From Eledone cirrhosa (taxonomy: Eukaryota), in the NCBI GenBank assembly GCA_964016885.1, contig OZ024741.1:4712001-4776000 (forward strand): a stretch of DNA of 64,000 nt, read 5' to 3'. This document shows positions 29,901-44,260 of the stretch, in pieces. The number at the start of each line of letters is the position of its first letter. The stretch's first letter is position 1. Both the position numbers and the translations under genes were made by a program. A model generated the notes under the pieces. That model was not told the DNA's origin. It saw nothing but the letters and a program-made list of their open reading frames with translations, and did no database searches.

Positions 29901-32900
29901 AGCTATAGTTATACTGTGACTCTAGTTATACTGTAGCTGTAGTTATACTGTAACTGTAGATATACTGTAGCTGTAGTTATACTGTGACTGTAGTTATACT
30001 GTGACTGTAGTTATACTGTGACTGTTGTTATACTGTAGCTGTAGTTATACTGTAACTGTAGTTATACTGTCAATGTAGTTATACTGTCACTGTAGTTATA
30101 CTGTAACTGTAGTTATACTGAAACTAGTTATACTGTAAATGTAGTTATAGTGTAGCTGTAGTTATACTGTAACTGTAGTTATACTGTGACTGTAGTTATA
30201 CTTCAACTGTAGTTATACTGTAGCTGTAGTTATACTGTAACTGTAGTTATACTGTAACTGTAGTTATACTGTAGCTATACTGTGACTGTAGTTATACTGT
30301 CACTGTAGCTATACTGTAGCTGTAGTTATATTGGAGCTGTAGTTATACTGTAGCTGTAGTTATACTGTAACTGTAGTTATACTCTAACTGTAGTTATACT
30401 CTAACTGTAGTTATACTGTGACTGTAGTTATACCGTGACTGTTGTTATATTGTAACTGTAGTTATACTGTGACTTTAGTTATACTATGACTTTAGTTATA
30501 CTGTAACTGTAGTTATCCTGTAACTGTAGTTATCCTGTAACTGTAGTTATACTGTAGCTGTAGTTATACTGTAAATGTAGATATACTGTAGCTGTAGTTA
30601 TACTGCAACTGTAGGTATACTGTAGCTGTACTTATACTGTGGCTTTTATTATACTGTAACTGTAGTTATACTGTAACTAGTTATACTGTAGCTGTAGTTA
30701 TACTGCAACTGTTGTTATACTGCAACTGTAGTTATACTGTAACTGTAGTTATACTGCAACTGTAGTTATAGTGCAACTGTAGTTATACTGTAACTGTAGT
30801 TATACTACAACTGTAGTTATACTGTAACTGTAGTTATACTGTAGCTGTAGTTATACTGTAGCTGTAGATATACTGTAGCTGTAGTTATAATGTGATTGTA
30901 GTTACACTGTAACTGTAGTTATATTGTAGCTGTAGTTATACTGTGACTCTAGTTATACTGTAACTGTAGTTATACTGTAACTGTAGTTATACTATAACTG
31001 TAGTTATACTGCAACTGTAGTTATACTGTAACTGTAGTTATACTGTAACTGTAGTTATACTGCAACTGTAGTTATACTGCAGCTGTAGTTATACTGTAAC
31101 TGTAGTTATACTGTAGCTGTAGTTATACTTTAACTGTAGATATCCTGTAGTTGTAGTTATAGTGTAACTGTAGTTATACTGTAGCTATAGTTATACTGTG
31201 ACTCTAGTTATACTGTGACTGTAGTTATAATGTAGCTGTAGTTATACTGTGACTGTAGTTATACTGTAGCTGTAGTTATACTGTAACTGTAGTTATACTG
31301 TAGCTGTAGTTATACTTTAACTGTAGATATCCTGTAGTTGTAGTTATAGTGTAACTGTAGTTATACTGTAGCTATAGTTATACTGTGACTCTAGTTATAC
31401 TGTGACTGTAGTTATAATGTAGCTGTAGTTATACTGTGACTGTAGTTATACTGTAACTGTAGTTATACTTTAACTGTAGATATACTGTAGCTGTAGTTAT
31501 ACTGTCACTGTAGCTGTAGTTATACTGTAATTGTAGTTATACTGTAGCTGTAGTTATACTGTGACTCTAGTTATGCTGTAACTGTAGTTATACTGTAGCT
31601 GTAATTATAATGTAACTGTAGTTATACTGTAACTGTAGATATACTGTAACTGTAGTTATACTGTAGCTGTAGTTATACTGTGACTGTAGTTATACTGTCA
31701 CTATAGTTATGCTGTAACTGTAGTTATACTGTAGCTGTAGTTATACTGTAGCTGTAATTATACTGTAACTGTAGTTATACTGTGACTGTAGTTATACTGT
31801 GACTAGTTATACTGTCACTGTAGTTATGCTGTAACTGTAGTTATACTGTAACTGTAGTTATACTGTAGCTGTAGTTATACTGTGACTGTAGTTATACTGT
31901 AACTGTAGTTATACTTCAACTGTAGTTATACTGTAACTAGTTATGCTGTAACTGTAGTTATACTGTAACTGTAGTTATACTTCAACTGTAGTTATACTGT
32001 ACCTGTAGTTATACTGCAACTGTAGCTGTAGTTATACTGTAGCTGTAGTTATACTGTAACTGTAGTTATACTTCAACTGTAGTTATACTGTAACTGTAGT
32101 TATACTGCAACTGTAGTTATACTGTAACCGTAGTTATACTGTAACTGTAGTTTTACTGCAACTGTAGTTATACTGCAACTGTAGTTATACTGCAACTGTA
32201 GTTATACTGCAACTGTAGTTATACTGTAGCTGTAGTTATACTGTAGCTGTAGCTATACTGTAGCTGTAGTTATACTGTGACTGTAGTTATACTGTAGCTG
32301 TAGTTATACTGTAACTGTAGTTATACTGTAGCTGTAGTTATACTGTGACTGTAGTTATACTGTAACTGTAGTTATACTGTGACTGTAGTTATACTTCAAC
32401 TGTAGTTATACTGTAGCTGTAGTTATACTGTAACTGTATTTATACTGTAACTGTAGTTATACTGCAACTGTAGTTATACTGTAACTGTAGTTATACTGTA
32501 ACTGTAGTTATACTGCGACTGTAGTTATACTGTAACTGTAGTTATACTGTAACTGTAGTTATACTGCAACTGTAGTTATACTGTAACTGTAGTTATACTG
32601 TAACTGTAGTTATACTGTAACTGTAGTTATACTGCAACTGTAGTTATACTGTAACTGTAGTTATACTGTAGCTGTAGTTATACTGTGACTGTAGTTATAC
32701 TGTCACTGTAGTTATACTGTCACTGTAGCTATACTGTAGCTGTAGTTATATTGTAGCTGTAGTTATACTGTAACTGTAGTTATACTGTAGCTGTAGTTAT
32801 ACTCTAACTGTAGTTATACTGTGACTGTAGTTATACCGTGACTGTTGTTATATTGTAACTGTAGTTATACTATGACTTTAGTTATACTGTAACTGTAGTT

Positions 32901-34120
32901 ATACTGTAACTGTAGTTATACTGTAGCTGTAGTTATACTGTAAATGTAGATATACTGTAGCTGTATTTATACTGTGACTCTAGTTATACTGTAGCTGTAG
33001 TTATACTGTGACTGTAGTTATAATGTAGCTGTAGTTATACTGTGACTGTAGTTATACTGTAGCTGTAGTTATACTGTAACTGTAGTTATACTGTGACTAG
33101 TTATACTGTAGCTGTAGTTATACTGTCACTATAGTTATACTGTCACTGTAGCTATACTGTCACTGTAGTTATACTGTCACTATAGTAATACTGTAACTGT
33201 AGTTATACTGTAACTGTAGTTATACTTTAACTGTAGATATACTGTAGCTGTAGTTATACTGTCACTGTAGTTATACTGTAATTGTAGTTATACTGTAGCT
33301 GTAGTTATACTGTGACTCTAGTTATGCTGTAACTGTAGTTATACTGTAGCTGTAATTATAATGTAACTGTAGTTATACTGTAACTGTAGTTATACTGTAG
33401 CTGTAGTTATAATGTGACTGTAGTTATACTGTCACTATCGTTATGCTGTAACTGTAGTTATACTGTAGCTGTAGTTATACTGTAACTGTAGTTATACTGT
33501 GACTAGTTATACTGTGACTGTAGTTATACTGTCACTATAGTTATGCTGTCACTATAGTTATGCTGTCACTATAGTTATACTGTAACTGTAGTTATACTGT
33601 GACTAGTTATACTTCAACTGTAGTTATACTGTAGCTGTAGTTATACTGTGACTGTAGTTATACTGTAGCTGTAGTTATACTGCAACTGTAGTTATACTGT
33701 AGCTGTACTTATACTGTGGCTTTTATTATACTGTAACTGTAGTTATACTGTAGCTGTAGTTATACTGCAACTGTAGTTATACTGCAACTGTAGTTATACT
33801 GTAACTGTAGTTATACTGTAGCTGTAGTTATACTGTAGCTGTAGTTATACTTTAACTGTTGATATACTGTAGCTGTAGTTATACTGTAACTGTAGTTATA
33901 CAGTAGCTGTAGTTATACTGTAACTGTAGTTATAATGTAGCTGTAGTTATACTGTAACTGTAGATATACTGTAACTGTAGTTATACTGTAACTGTAGTTA
34001 TAATGTAGCTGTAGTTATACTGTAACTGTAGATATACTGTAACTGTAGTTATACTGTAGCTGTAGTTATAATGTGATTGTAGTTACACTGTAACTGTAGT
34101 TATACTGTAACTGTAGTTAT
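23990..34120. repeat. About 10.1 kb tandem segmental duplication, copy 1
   Basis: Rare markers recur at offsets of about 10,110-10,180 bp: GTGGCTG 24301/34430, TTGGAG 30331/40496, GTAGGTAT 30611/40776, GGCTTTT 30641/40806 and 33718/43838, ATGTGATTG 34071/44191. Confidence 0.85.
30200..34120. repeat. Divergent ~3.9 kb satellite sub-block ('X block'), second copy at about 40350-44260
   Basis: It carries variants not seen in the standard HOR: TTGGAG, TTATCCTG, GTAGGTAT, GGCTTTTATT, GATATCCTGTAGTTG, AACCGT, CTATCGTT, TGTTGAT. Confidence 0.8.
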
Positions 34121-37100
34121 ACTGTAGCTGTAGTTATACTGTGACTGTAGTTATACTGTAACTGTAGTTATACTGTAGCTGTAGTTATACTGCAACTGTA
34201 GTTATACTGTAACTGTAGTTATACTGCAACTGTAGTTATACTGTAACTGTAGTTATACTGTAACTGTAGTTATACTGCAACTGTAGTAATACTTTAACTG
34301 TAGTTATACTGTAACTGTAGTTATACTGCAACTGTAGTTATACTGCAACTGTAGTTATACTGTAACTGTAGTTCTACTGTAGCTGTAGTTATACTGTAGC
34401 TGTAGTTATACTGTAGCTGTAGATATACTGTGGCTGTAGTTATACTGTGACTGTAGTTATACTGTGACTGTAGTTATACTGTGACTGTTGTTATACTGTC
34501 ACTGTAGTTATACTGTAACTGTAGTTATACTGTAGCTGTAGTTATATTGTAGCTGTAGTTTTACTGTAACTGTAGTTATACTGTAACTGTACTTATACTG
34601 CAACTGTACTTATACTGCAACTGTAGTTATACTGCAACTGTAGTTATAGTGTAACTGTAGTTCTACTGTAGCTGTAGTTATACTGTCACTGTAGCTACAC
34701 TGTAGCTGCAGCTACACTGTAGCTGTAGTTATATTGTAGCTGTAGTTATACTGTAACTGTAGTTATACTGTAACTGTAGTTACAGTATATCTACAGTTAC
34801 AGTATAACTGTAGTTATACTGTGACTGTAGTTATACTCTAACTGTAGTTATACCGTGACTGTAGTTATACTGTAGCTGTAGTTATACTTTAGCTGTAGTT
34901 ATACTGTAGCTGTAGTTATACTGCAACTGTTGTTATACTGTAACTGTAGTTATACTGCAACTGTAGTTATACTGTAACTGTAGTTATACTGTAGCTATAC
35001 TGTAGCTGTAGTTATACTGTAACTGTAGTTATACTGCAACTGTAGTTATACTGTAACTGTAGTTATACTGCAACTGTAGTTATACTGTGACTGTTGTTAT
35101 ACTGTTACTGTTGTTATACAGTAACTAGTTATAATGTGACTTTAGTTATACTGTCACTGTAGTTATACTGTAACTGTAGTTATACTGTAATTGTAGTTAT
35201 ACTGTAACTGTAGTTATACTGCAACTGTAGTTATACTGTAACTGTAGTCATACTGTAACTGTAGTCATAATGCAACTGTAGTTATACTGTACCTATACTC
35301 TAGCTGTAGTTATACTTTAACTGTAGATATACTGTGACTGTAGTTATACTGTATCTGTAGTTATACTGTGTCTGTAGTTATACTGTCACTGTAGTTATAC
35401 TGTAACTGTATTTATACTGTGACTCTAGTTATACTGTAACTGTAGTTATACTGTAGCTGTAGTTATACTGTAACTGTAGTTATACTGTGACTAGTTAAAC
35501 TGTAACTGTAGTTATACTGTCACTGTAGTTATACTGTGACTTTAGTTATACTGTGACTGTAGTTATACTTCAACTGTAGTTATACTGTAACTGTAGATAT
35601 ACTGTAGCTGTAGTTATACTGTGACTAGTTATACTGTGACTGTAGTTATACTGTGACTGTTGTTATACTGTAGCTGTAGTTATACTGTAACTGTAGTTAT
35701 ACTGTCAATGTAGTTATACTGTCACTGTAGTTATACTGTAACTGTAGTTATACTGAAACTGTAGTTATACTGTAAATGTAGTTATAGTGTAGCTGTAGTT
35801 ATACTGTAACTGTAGTTATACTGTAACTGTAGTTATACTGTAACTGTAGTTATACTGCAACTGTAGTTATACTGTAACTGTAGTTATACTGCAACTCTAG
35901 TTATACTGTAACTGTAGTTATACTGTAACTGTAGTTATACTGTAACTGTAGTTATACTGTAACTGTAGTTATACTGCAACTGTAGTTATACTGTAGCTGT
36001 AGTTATACTGTGACTGTAGTTATACTGTAACTGTAGTTATACTGTAGCTGTAGTTATACTTCAACTGTAGTTATACTGTAGCTGTAGTTATACTGCAACT
36101 GTAGTTATACTGCAACTGTAGTTATACTGTAACTGTAGTTATTCTGTAACTGTAGTTATACTGCAACTGTAGTTATACTGTAACTGTAGTTATACTGTAA
36201 CTGTAGTTATACTGCAACTGTAGTTATACTGTAACTGTAGTTCTACTGTAGCTGTAGTTCTACTGTAGCTGTAGTTATACTGTAGCTGTAGTTATACTGT
36301 AACTGTAGTTATACTGTAGCTGTAGTTATACTGTAGCTGTAGTTTTACTGTGACTGTAGTTATACTGTCACTAGCTATACTGTAGCTGTAGTTATATTGT
36401 AGCTGTAGTTATACTGTAACTGTAGTTATACTGTAGCTGTAGTTATACTCTAACTGTAGTTATACTGTGACTGTAGTTATACTGTGACTGTAGTTATACC
36501 GTGACTGTTGTTATACTATGACTTTAGTTATACTGTAACTGTAGTTATACTGTAACTGTAGTTATACTGTAGCTGTAGTTATACCGTAAATGTAGATATA
36601 CTGTAGCTGTAGTTATACTGCAACTGTAGTTATACTGCAACTGTAGTTATACTGTAGCTGTAGTTATACTATGACTAGTTATACAGTAGCTGTAGTTATA
36701 CTGTAGCTGTAGTTATACTGCAACTGTAGTTATACTGTAACTATAGTTATACTGCAACTGTAGTTATACTGTAACTGTAGTTATACTGTAACTGTGGTTA
36801 TACTGCAACTGTAGTTATACTGTAACTGTAGTCATACTGTAACTGTAGTCATAATGCAACTGTAGTTATACTGTAACTGTAGTTATACTGTAGCTATACT
36901 CTAGCTGTAGTTATACTTTGACTAGATATACTGTGACTGTAGTTATACTGTAGCTGTAGTTATACTGTAACTGTAGTTATACTGTGACTCTAGTTATACT
37001 GTAGCTGTAGTTATACTGTAACTGTAGTTATACTGTAACTGTAGTTATACTGTGACTGTAGTTATACTGTAAGTGTAGTTATACTGTAGCTGGAGTTATA

Positions 37101-40100
37101 CTGTGACTGTTGTTATACTTCAACTGTAGTTATACTGCAACTGTAGTTATACTGCAACTGTAGTTATACTGCAACTGTAGTTATACTGTGACTGTTGTTA
37201 TACTGTCACTGTAGTTATACTGTCACTGTAGCTGTAGTTATACTGTAGCTGTAATTATAATGTAACTGTAGTTATACTGTAACTGTAGATATACTGTAAC
37301 TGTAGTTATACTGTCACTATAGTTATGCTGTAACTGTAGTTATACTGTAACTGTAGTTATACTGTAGCTGTAGTTATACTGTAACTGTAGTTCTACTGTA
37401 GCTGTAGTTCTACTGTAGCTGTAGTTATACTGTAGCTGTAGTTATACTGTAACTGTAGTTATACTGTAGCTGTAGTTATACTGTAGCTGTAGTTATACTG
37501 TGACTGTAGTTATACTGTAGCTGTAGTTATACTGTAACTGTAGTTATACTGCAACTGTAGTTATACTGCAACTGTAGTTATACTGCAACTGTAGTTATAC
37601 TGTAACTAGTTATACTTCAACTGTAATTATACTGTAGCTGTAGTTATAGTGTGACTGTAGTTATACTGTAACTGTAGTTACACTTCAACTGTAGTTATAC
37701 TGTAACTGTAGTTATACTGTAGCTGTAGTTATACTGTGACTGTAGTTATACTGTAGCTGTAGTTATACTGTAACTGTAGTTATACTGTAACTGTAGTTAT
37801 ACTGCAACTGTAGTTATACTGTAACTGTAGTTATACTGCAACTGTAGTTATACTGCAACTGTAGTTATACTGTAACTGTAGTTATACTGTAACTGTAGTT
37901 ATACTGTAACTGTAGTTATACTGCAACTGTAGTTATACTGTAACTGTAGTTATACTGCAACTGTAGTTATACTGCAACTGTAGTTATACTGTAACTGTAA
38001 TTCTATCGTAGCTGTAGTTATACTGTAGCTGTTGTTATACTGTCACTGTAGCTATACTGTAACTGTAGTTATACTGCAACTGTACTTATACTGCAACTGT
38101 AGTTCTACTGTAGCTGTAGTTATACTGTAGCTGTAGTTTTACTGTAATTGTAGTTTTACTGTAATTGTAGTTATAGTGTAGCTGTAGTTATACTGTAGCT
38201 GTAGTTATACTGTAACTGTAGTTATATTGTGACTGTAGTTATACTGAGACTGTAATTACACTGTGACTGTTGTTATACTGTTACTGTTGTTATACAGTAA
38301 CTGTAATTATACTGTGACTGTAGTTATACTGAGACTGTAATTATACTGTGACTGTTGTTATACTGTTACTGTTGTTATACAGTAACTGTAGTTATACTGT
38401 GATTTTAGTTATACTGTAACTGTAGTTATACTGCAACTGTAGTCATACTGTAACTGTAGTCATAATGCAACTGTAGTTATACTGTAACTGTAGTTATACT
38501 GTAGCTATACTCTAGCTGTAGTTATACTTTAACTGTAGATATACTGTACCTGTAGTTATACTGTAACTGTATTTATACTGTAGCTGTAGTTATACTGTGA
38601 CTCTAGTTATACTGTAACTGTAGTTATACTGTAGCTGTAGTTATACTGTGACTGTAGTTATACTGTAACTGTAGTTATACTGTAGCTGTAGTTATACTGC
38701 AACTGTAGTTATACTGTAACTGTAGTTATACTGCAACTGTAGTTATACTGTAACTGTAGTTATACTGTAACTGTAGTTATACTGCAACTGTAGTAATACT
38801 TTAACTGTAGTTATACTGTAACTGTAGTTATACTGCAACTGTAGTTATACTGCAACTGTAGTTATACTGTAACTGTAGTTCTACTGTAGCTGTAGTTATA
38901 CTGTAGCTGTAGTTATACTGTAACTGTAGATATACTGTAGCTGTAGTTATACTGTGACTGTAGTTATACTGTGACTGTAGTTATACTGTGACTGTAGTTA
39001 TACTGTGACTGTTGTTATACTGTCACTGTAGTTATACTGTAACTGTAGTTATACTGTAGCTGTAGTTATATTGTAGCTGTAGTTTTACTGTAACTGTAGT
39101 TATACTGCAACTGTACTTATACTGCAACTGTACTTATACTGCAACTGTAGTTATACTGCAACTGTAGTTATAGTGTAACTGTAGTTCTACTGTAGCTGTA
39201 GTTATACTGTAGCTGTAGTTATACTGTCACTGTAGCTACACTGTAGCTGTAGTTATATTGTAGCTGTAGTTATACTGTAACTGTAGTTATACTGTAACTG
39301 TAGTTACAGTATAACTGTAGTTATACTGTGACTGTAGTTATACTCTAACTGTAGTTATACTGTAGCTGTAGTTATACTTTAGCTGTAGTTATACTGTAGC
39401 TGTAGTTATACTGCAACTGTTGTTATACTGTAACTAGTTATACTGCAACTGTAGTTATACTGTAGCTATACTGTAGCTGTAGTTATACTGTAACTGTAGT
39501 TATACTGCAACTGTAGTTATACTGTGACTGTTGTTATACTGTTACTGTTGTTATACAGTAACTAGTTATAATGTGACTTTAGTTATACTGTAACTGTAGT
39601 TATACTGCAACTGTAGTTATACTGTAACTGTAGTCATACTGTAACTGTAGTCATAATGCAACTGTAGTTATACTGTAACTGTAGTTATACTGTACCTATA
39701 CTCTAGCTGTAGTTATACTTTAACTGTAGATATACTGTGACTGTAGTTATACTGTATCTGTAGTTATACTGTGTCTGTAGTTATACTGTCACTGTAGTTA
39801 TACTGTAACTGTATTTATACTGTGACTCTAGTTATACTGTAACTGTAGTTATACTGTAGCTGTAGTTATACTGTAACTGTAGTTATACTGTGACTAGTTA
39901 AACTGTAACTGTAGTTATACTGTGACTGTAGCTGTAGTTATACTGTCACTGTAGTTATACTGTGACTTTAGTTATACTGTGACTGTAGTTATACTGTGAC
40001 TGTTGTTATACTTCAACTGTAGTTATACTGCAACTGTAGTTATACTGTAACTGTAGTTATACTGTAGCTATAGTTATACTGTGACTCTAGTTATACTGTA

Positions 40101-43100
40101 ACTGTAGATATACTGTAGCTGTAGTTATACTGTGACTGTAGTTATACTGTGACTGTAGTTATACTGTGACTGTTGTTATACTGTAGCTGTAGTTATACTG
40201 TAACTGTAGTTATACTGTCAATGTAGTTATACTGTCACTGTAGTTATACTGTAACTGTAGTTATACTGAAACTAGTTATACTGTAAATGTAGTTATAGTG
40301 TAGCTGTAGTTATACTGTAACTGTAGTTATACTGTAACTGTAGTTATACTGTGACTGTAGTTATACTTCAACTGTAGTTATACTGTAGCTGTAGTTATAC
40401 TGTAACTGTAGTTATACTGTAACTGTAGTTATACTGTAGCTATACTGTGACTGTAGTTATACTGTCACTGTAGCTATACTGTAGCTGTAGTTATATTGGA
40501 GCTGTAGTTATACTGTAGCTGTAGTTATACTGTAACTGTAGTTATACTCTAACTGTAGTTATACTCTAACTGTAGTTATACTGTGACTGTAGTTATACCG
40601 TGACTGTTGTTATATTGTAACTGTAGTTATACTGTGACTTTAGTTATACTATGACTTTAGTTATACTGTAACTGTAGTTATCCTGTAACTGTAGTTATCC
40701 TGTAACTGTAGTTATACTGTAGCTGTAGTTATACTGTAAATGTAGATATACTGTAGCTGTAGTTATACTGCAACTGTAGGTATACTGTAGCTGTACTTAT
40801 ACTGTGGCTTTTATTATACTGTAACTGTAGTTATACTGTAACTAGTTATACTGTAGCTGTAGTTATACTGCAACTGTTGTTATACTGCAACTGTAGTTAT
40901 ACTGTAACTGTAGTTATACTGCAACTGTAGTTATAGTGCAACTGTAGTTATACTGTAACTGTAGTTATACTACAACTGTAGTTATACTGTAACTGTAGTT
41001 ATACTGTAGCTGTAGTTATACTGTAGCTGTAGATATACTGTAGCTGTAGTTATAATGTGATTGTAGTTACACTGTAACTGTAGTTATATTGTAGCTGTAG
41101 TTATACTGTGACTCTAGTTATACTGTAACTGTAGTTATACTGTAACTGTAGTTATACTATAACTGTAGTTATACTGCAACTGTAGTTATACTGTAACTGT
41201 AGTTATACTGTAACTGTAGTTATACTGCAACTGTAGTTATACTGCAGCTGTAGTTATACTGTAACTGTAGTTATACTGTAGCTGTAGTTATACTTTAACT
41301 GTAGATATCCTGTAGTTGTAGTTATAGTGTAACTGTAGTTATACTGTAGCTATAGTTATACTGTGACTCTAGTTATACTGTGACTGTAGTTATAATGTAG
41401 CTGTAGTTATACTGTAGCTGTAGTTATACTGTAACTGTAGTTATACTGTAGCTGTAGTTATACTTTAACTGTAGATATCCTGTAGTTGTAGTTATAGTGT
41501 AACTGTAGTTATACTGTAGCTATAGTTATACTGTGACTCTAGTTATACTGTGACTGTAGTTATAATGTAGCTGTAGTTATACTGTGACTGTAGTTATACT
41601 TTAACTGTAGATATACTGTAGCTGTAGTTATACTGTCACTGTAGCTGTAGTTATACTGTAATTGTAGTTATACTGTAGCTGTAGTTATACTGTGACTCTA
41701 GTTATGCTGTAACTGTAGTTATACTGTAGCTGTAATTATAATGTAACTGTAGTTATACTGTAACTGTAGATATACTGTAACTGTAGTTATACTGTAGCTG
41801 TAGTTATACTGTAGCTGTAGTTATACTGTGACTGTAGTTATACTGTCACTATAGTTATGCTGTAACTGTAGTTATACTGTAGCTGTAGTTATACTGTAGC
41901 TGTAATTATACTGTAACTGTAGTTATACTGTGACTGTAGTTATACTGTGACTGTAGTTATACTGTCACTATAGTTATGCTGTAACTGTAGTTATACTGTA
42001 ACTGTAGTTATACTGTAGCTGTAGTTATACTGTGACTGTAGTTATACTGTAACTGTAGTTATACTTCAACTGTAGTTATACTGTAACTAGTTATGCTGTA
42101 ACTGTAGTTATACTGTAACTGTAGTTATACTTCAACTGTAGTTATACTGTACCTGTAGTTATACTGCAACTGTAGCTGTAGTTATACTGTAGCTGTAGTT
42201 ATACTTCAACTGTAGTTATACTGTAACTGTAGTTATATTGCAACTGTAGTTATACTGTAACCGTAGTTATACTGTAACTGTAGTTATACTGCAACTGTAG
42301 TTATACTGCAACTGTAGTTATACTGCAACTGTAGTTATACTGCAACTGTAGTTATACTGTAGCTGTAGTTATACTGTAGCTGTAGCTATACTGTAGCTGT
42401 AGTTATACTGTGACTGTAGTTATACTGTAGCTGTAGTTATACTGTAACTGTAGTTATACTGTAGCTGTAGTTATACTGTGACTGTAGTTATACTGTAACT
42501 GTAGTTATACTGTGACTGTAGTTATACTTCAACTGTAGTTATACTGTAGCTGTAGTTATACTGTAACTGTATTTATACTGTAACTGTAGTTATACTGCAA
42601 CTGTAGTTATACTGTAACTGTAGTTATACTGTAACTGTAGTTATACTGCGACTGTAGTTATACTGTAACTGTAGTTATACTGTAACTGTAGTTATACTGC
42701 AACTGTAGTTATACTGTAACTGTAGTTATACTGTAACTGTAGTTATACTGTAACTGTAGTTATACTGCAACTGTAGTTATACTGTAACTGTAGTTATACT
42801 GTAGCTGTAGTTATACTGTGACTGTAGTTATACTGTCACTGTAGTTATACTGTCACTGTAGCTATACTGTAGCTGTAGTTATATTGTAGCTGTAGTTATA
42901 CTGTAACTGTAGTTATACTGTAGCTGTAGTTATACTCTAACTGTAGTTATACTGTGACTGTAGTTATACCGTGACTGTTGTTATATTGTAACTGTAGTTA
43001 TACTATGACTTTAGTTATACTGTAACTGTAGTTATACTGTAACTGTAGTTATACTGTAGCTGTAGTTATACTGTAAATGTAGATATACTGTAGCTGTATT

Positions 43101-44260
43101 TATACTGTGACTCTAGTTATACTGTAGCTGTAGTTATACTGTGACTGTAGTTATAATGTAGCTGTAGTTATACTGTGACTGTAGTTATACTGTAGCTGTA
43201 GTTATACTGTAACTGTAGTTATACTGTGACTAGTTATACTGTAGCTGTAGTTATACTGTCACTATAGTTATACTGTCACTGTAGCTATACTGTCACTGTA
43301 GTTATACTGTCACTATAGTAATACTGTAACTGTAGTTATACTGTAACTGTAGTTATACTTTAACTGTAGATATACTGTAGCTGTAGTTATACTGTCACTG
43401 TAGTTATACTGTAATTGTAGTTATACTGTAGCTGTAGTTATACTGTGACTCTAGTTATGCTGTAACTGTAGTTATACTGTAGCTGTAATTATAATGTAAC
43501 TGTAGTTATACTGTAACTGTAGTTATACTGTAGCTGTAGTTATAATGTGACTGTAGTTATACTGTCACTATCGTTATGCTGTAACTGTAGTTATACTGTA
43601 GCTGTAGTTATACTGTAACTGTAGTTATACTGTGACTGTAGTTATACTGTCACTATAGTTATGCTGTCACTATAGTTATGCTGTCACTATAGTTATACTG
43701 TAACTGTAGTTATACTGTGACTGTAGTTATACTTCAACTGTAGTTATACTGTAGCTGTAGTTATACTGTGACTGTAGTTATACTGTAGCTGTAGTTATAC
43801 TGCAACTGTAGTTATACTGTAGCTGTACTTATACTGTGGCTTTTATTATACTGTAACTGTAGTTATACTGTAGCTGTAGTTATACTGCAACTGTAGTTAT
43901 ACTGCAACTGTAGTTATACTGTAACTGTAGTTATACTGTAGCTGTAGTTATACTGTAGCTGTAGTTATACTTTAACTGTTGATATACTGTAGCTGTAGTT
44001 ATACTGTAACTGTAGTTATACAGTAGCTGTAGTTATACTGTAACTGTAGTTATAATGTAGCTGTAGTTATACTGTAACTGTAGATATACTGTAACTGTAG
44101 TTATACTGTAACTGTAGTTATAATGTAGCTGTAGTTATACTGTAACTGTAGATATACTGTAACTGTAGTTATACTGTAGCTGTAGTTATAATGTGATTGT
44201 AGTTACACTGTAACTGTAGTTATACTGTAACTGTAGTTATACTGTAGCTGTAGTTATACT
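34121..44260. repeat. About 10.1 kb tandem segmental duplication, copy 2
   Basis: Marker order matches 23990-34120. Similarity ends near 44267 (GTGACTCTAG here versus GTGACTGTAG at about 34147). Confidence 0.85.
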
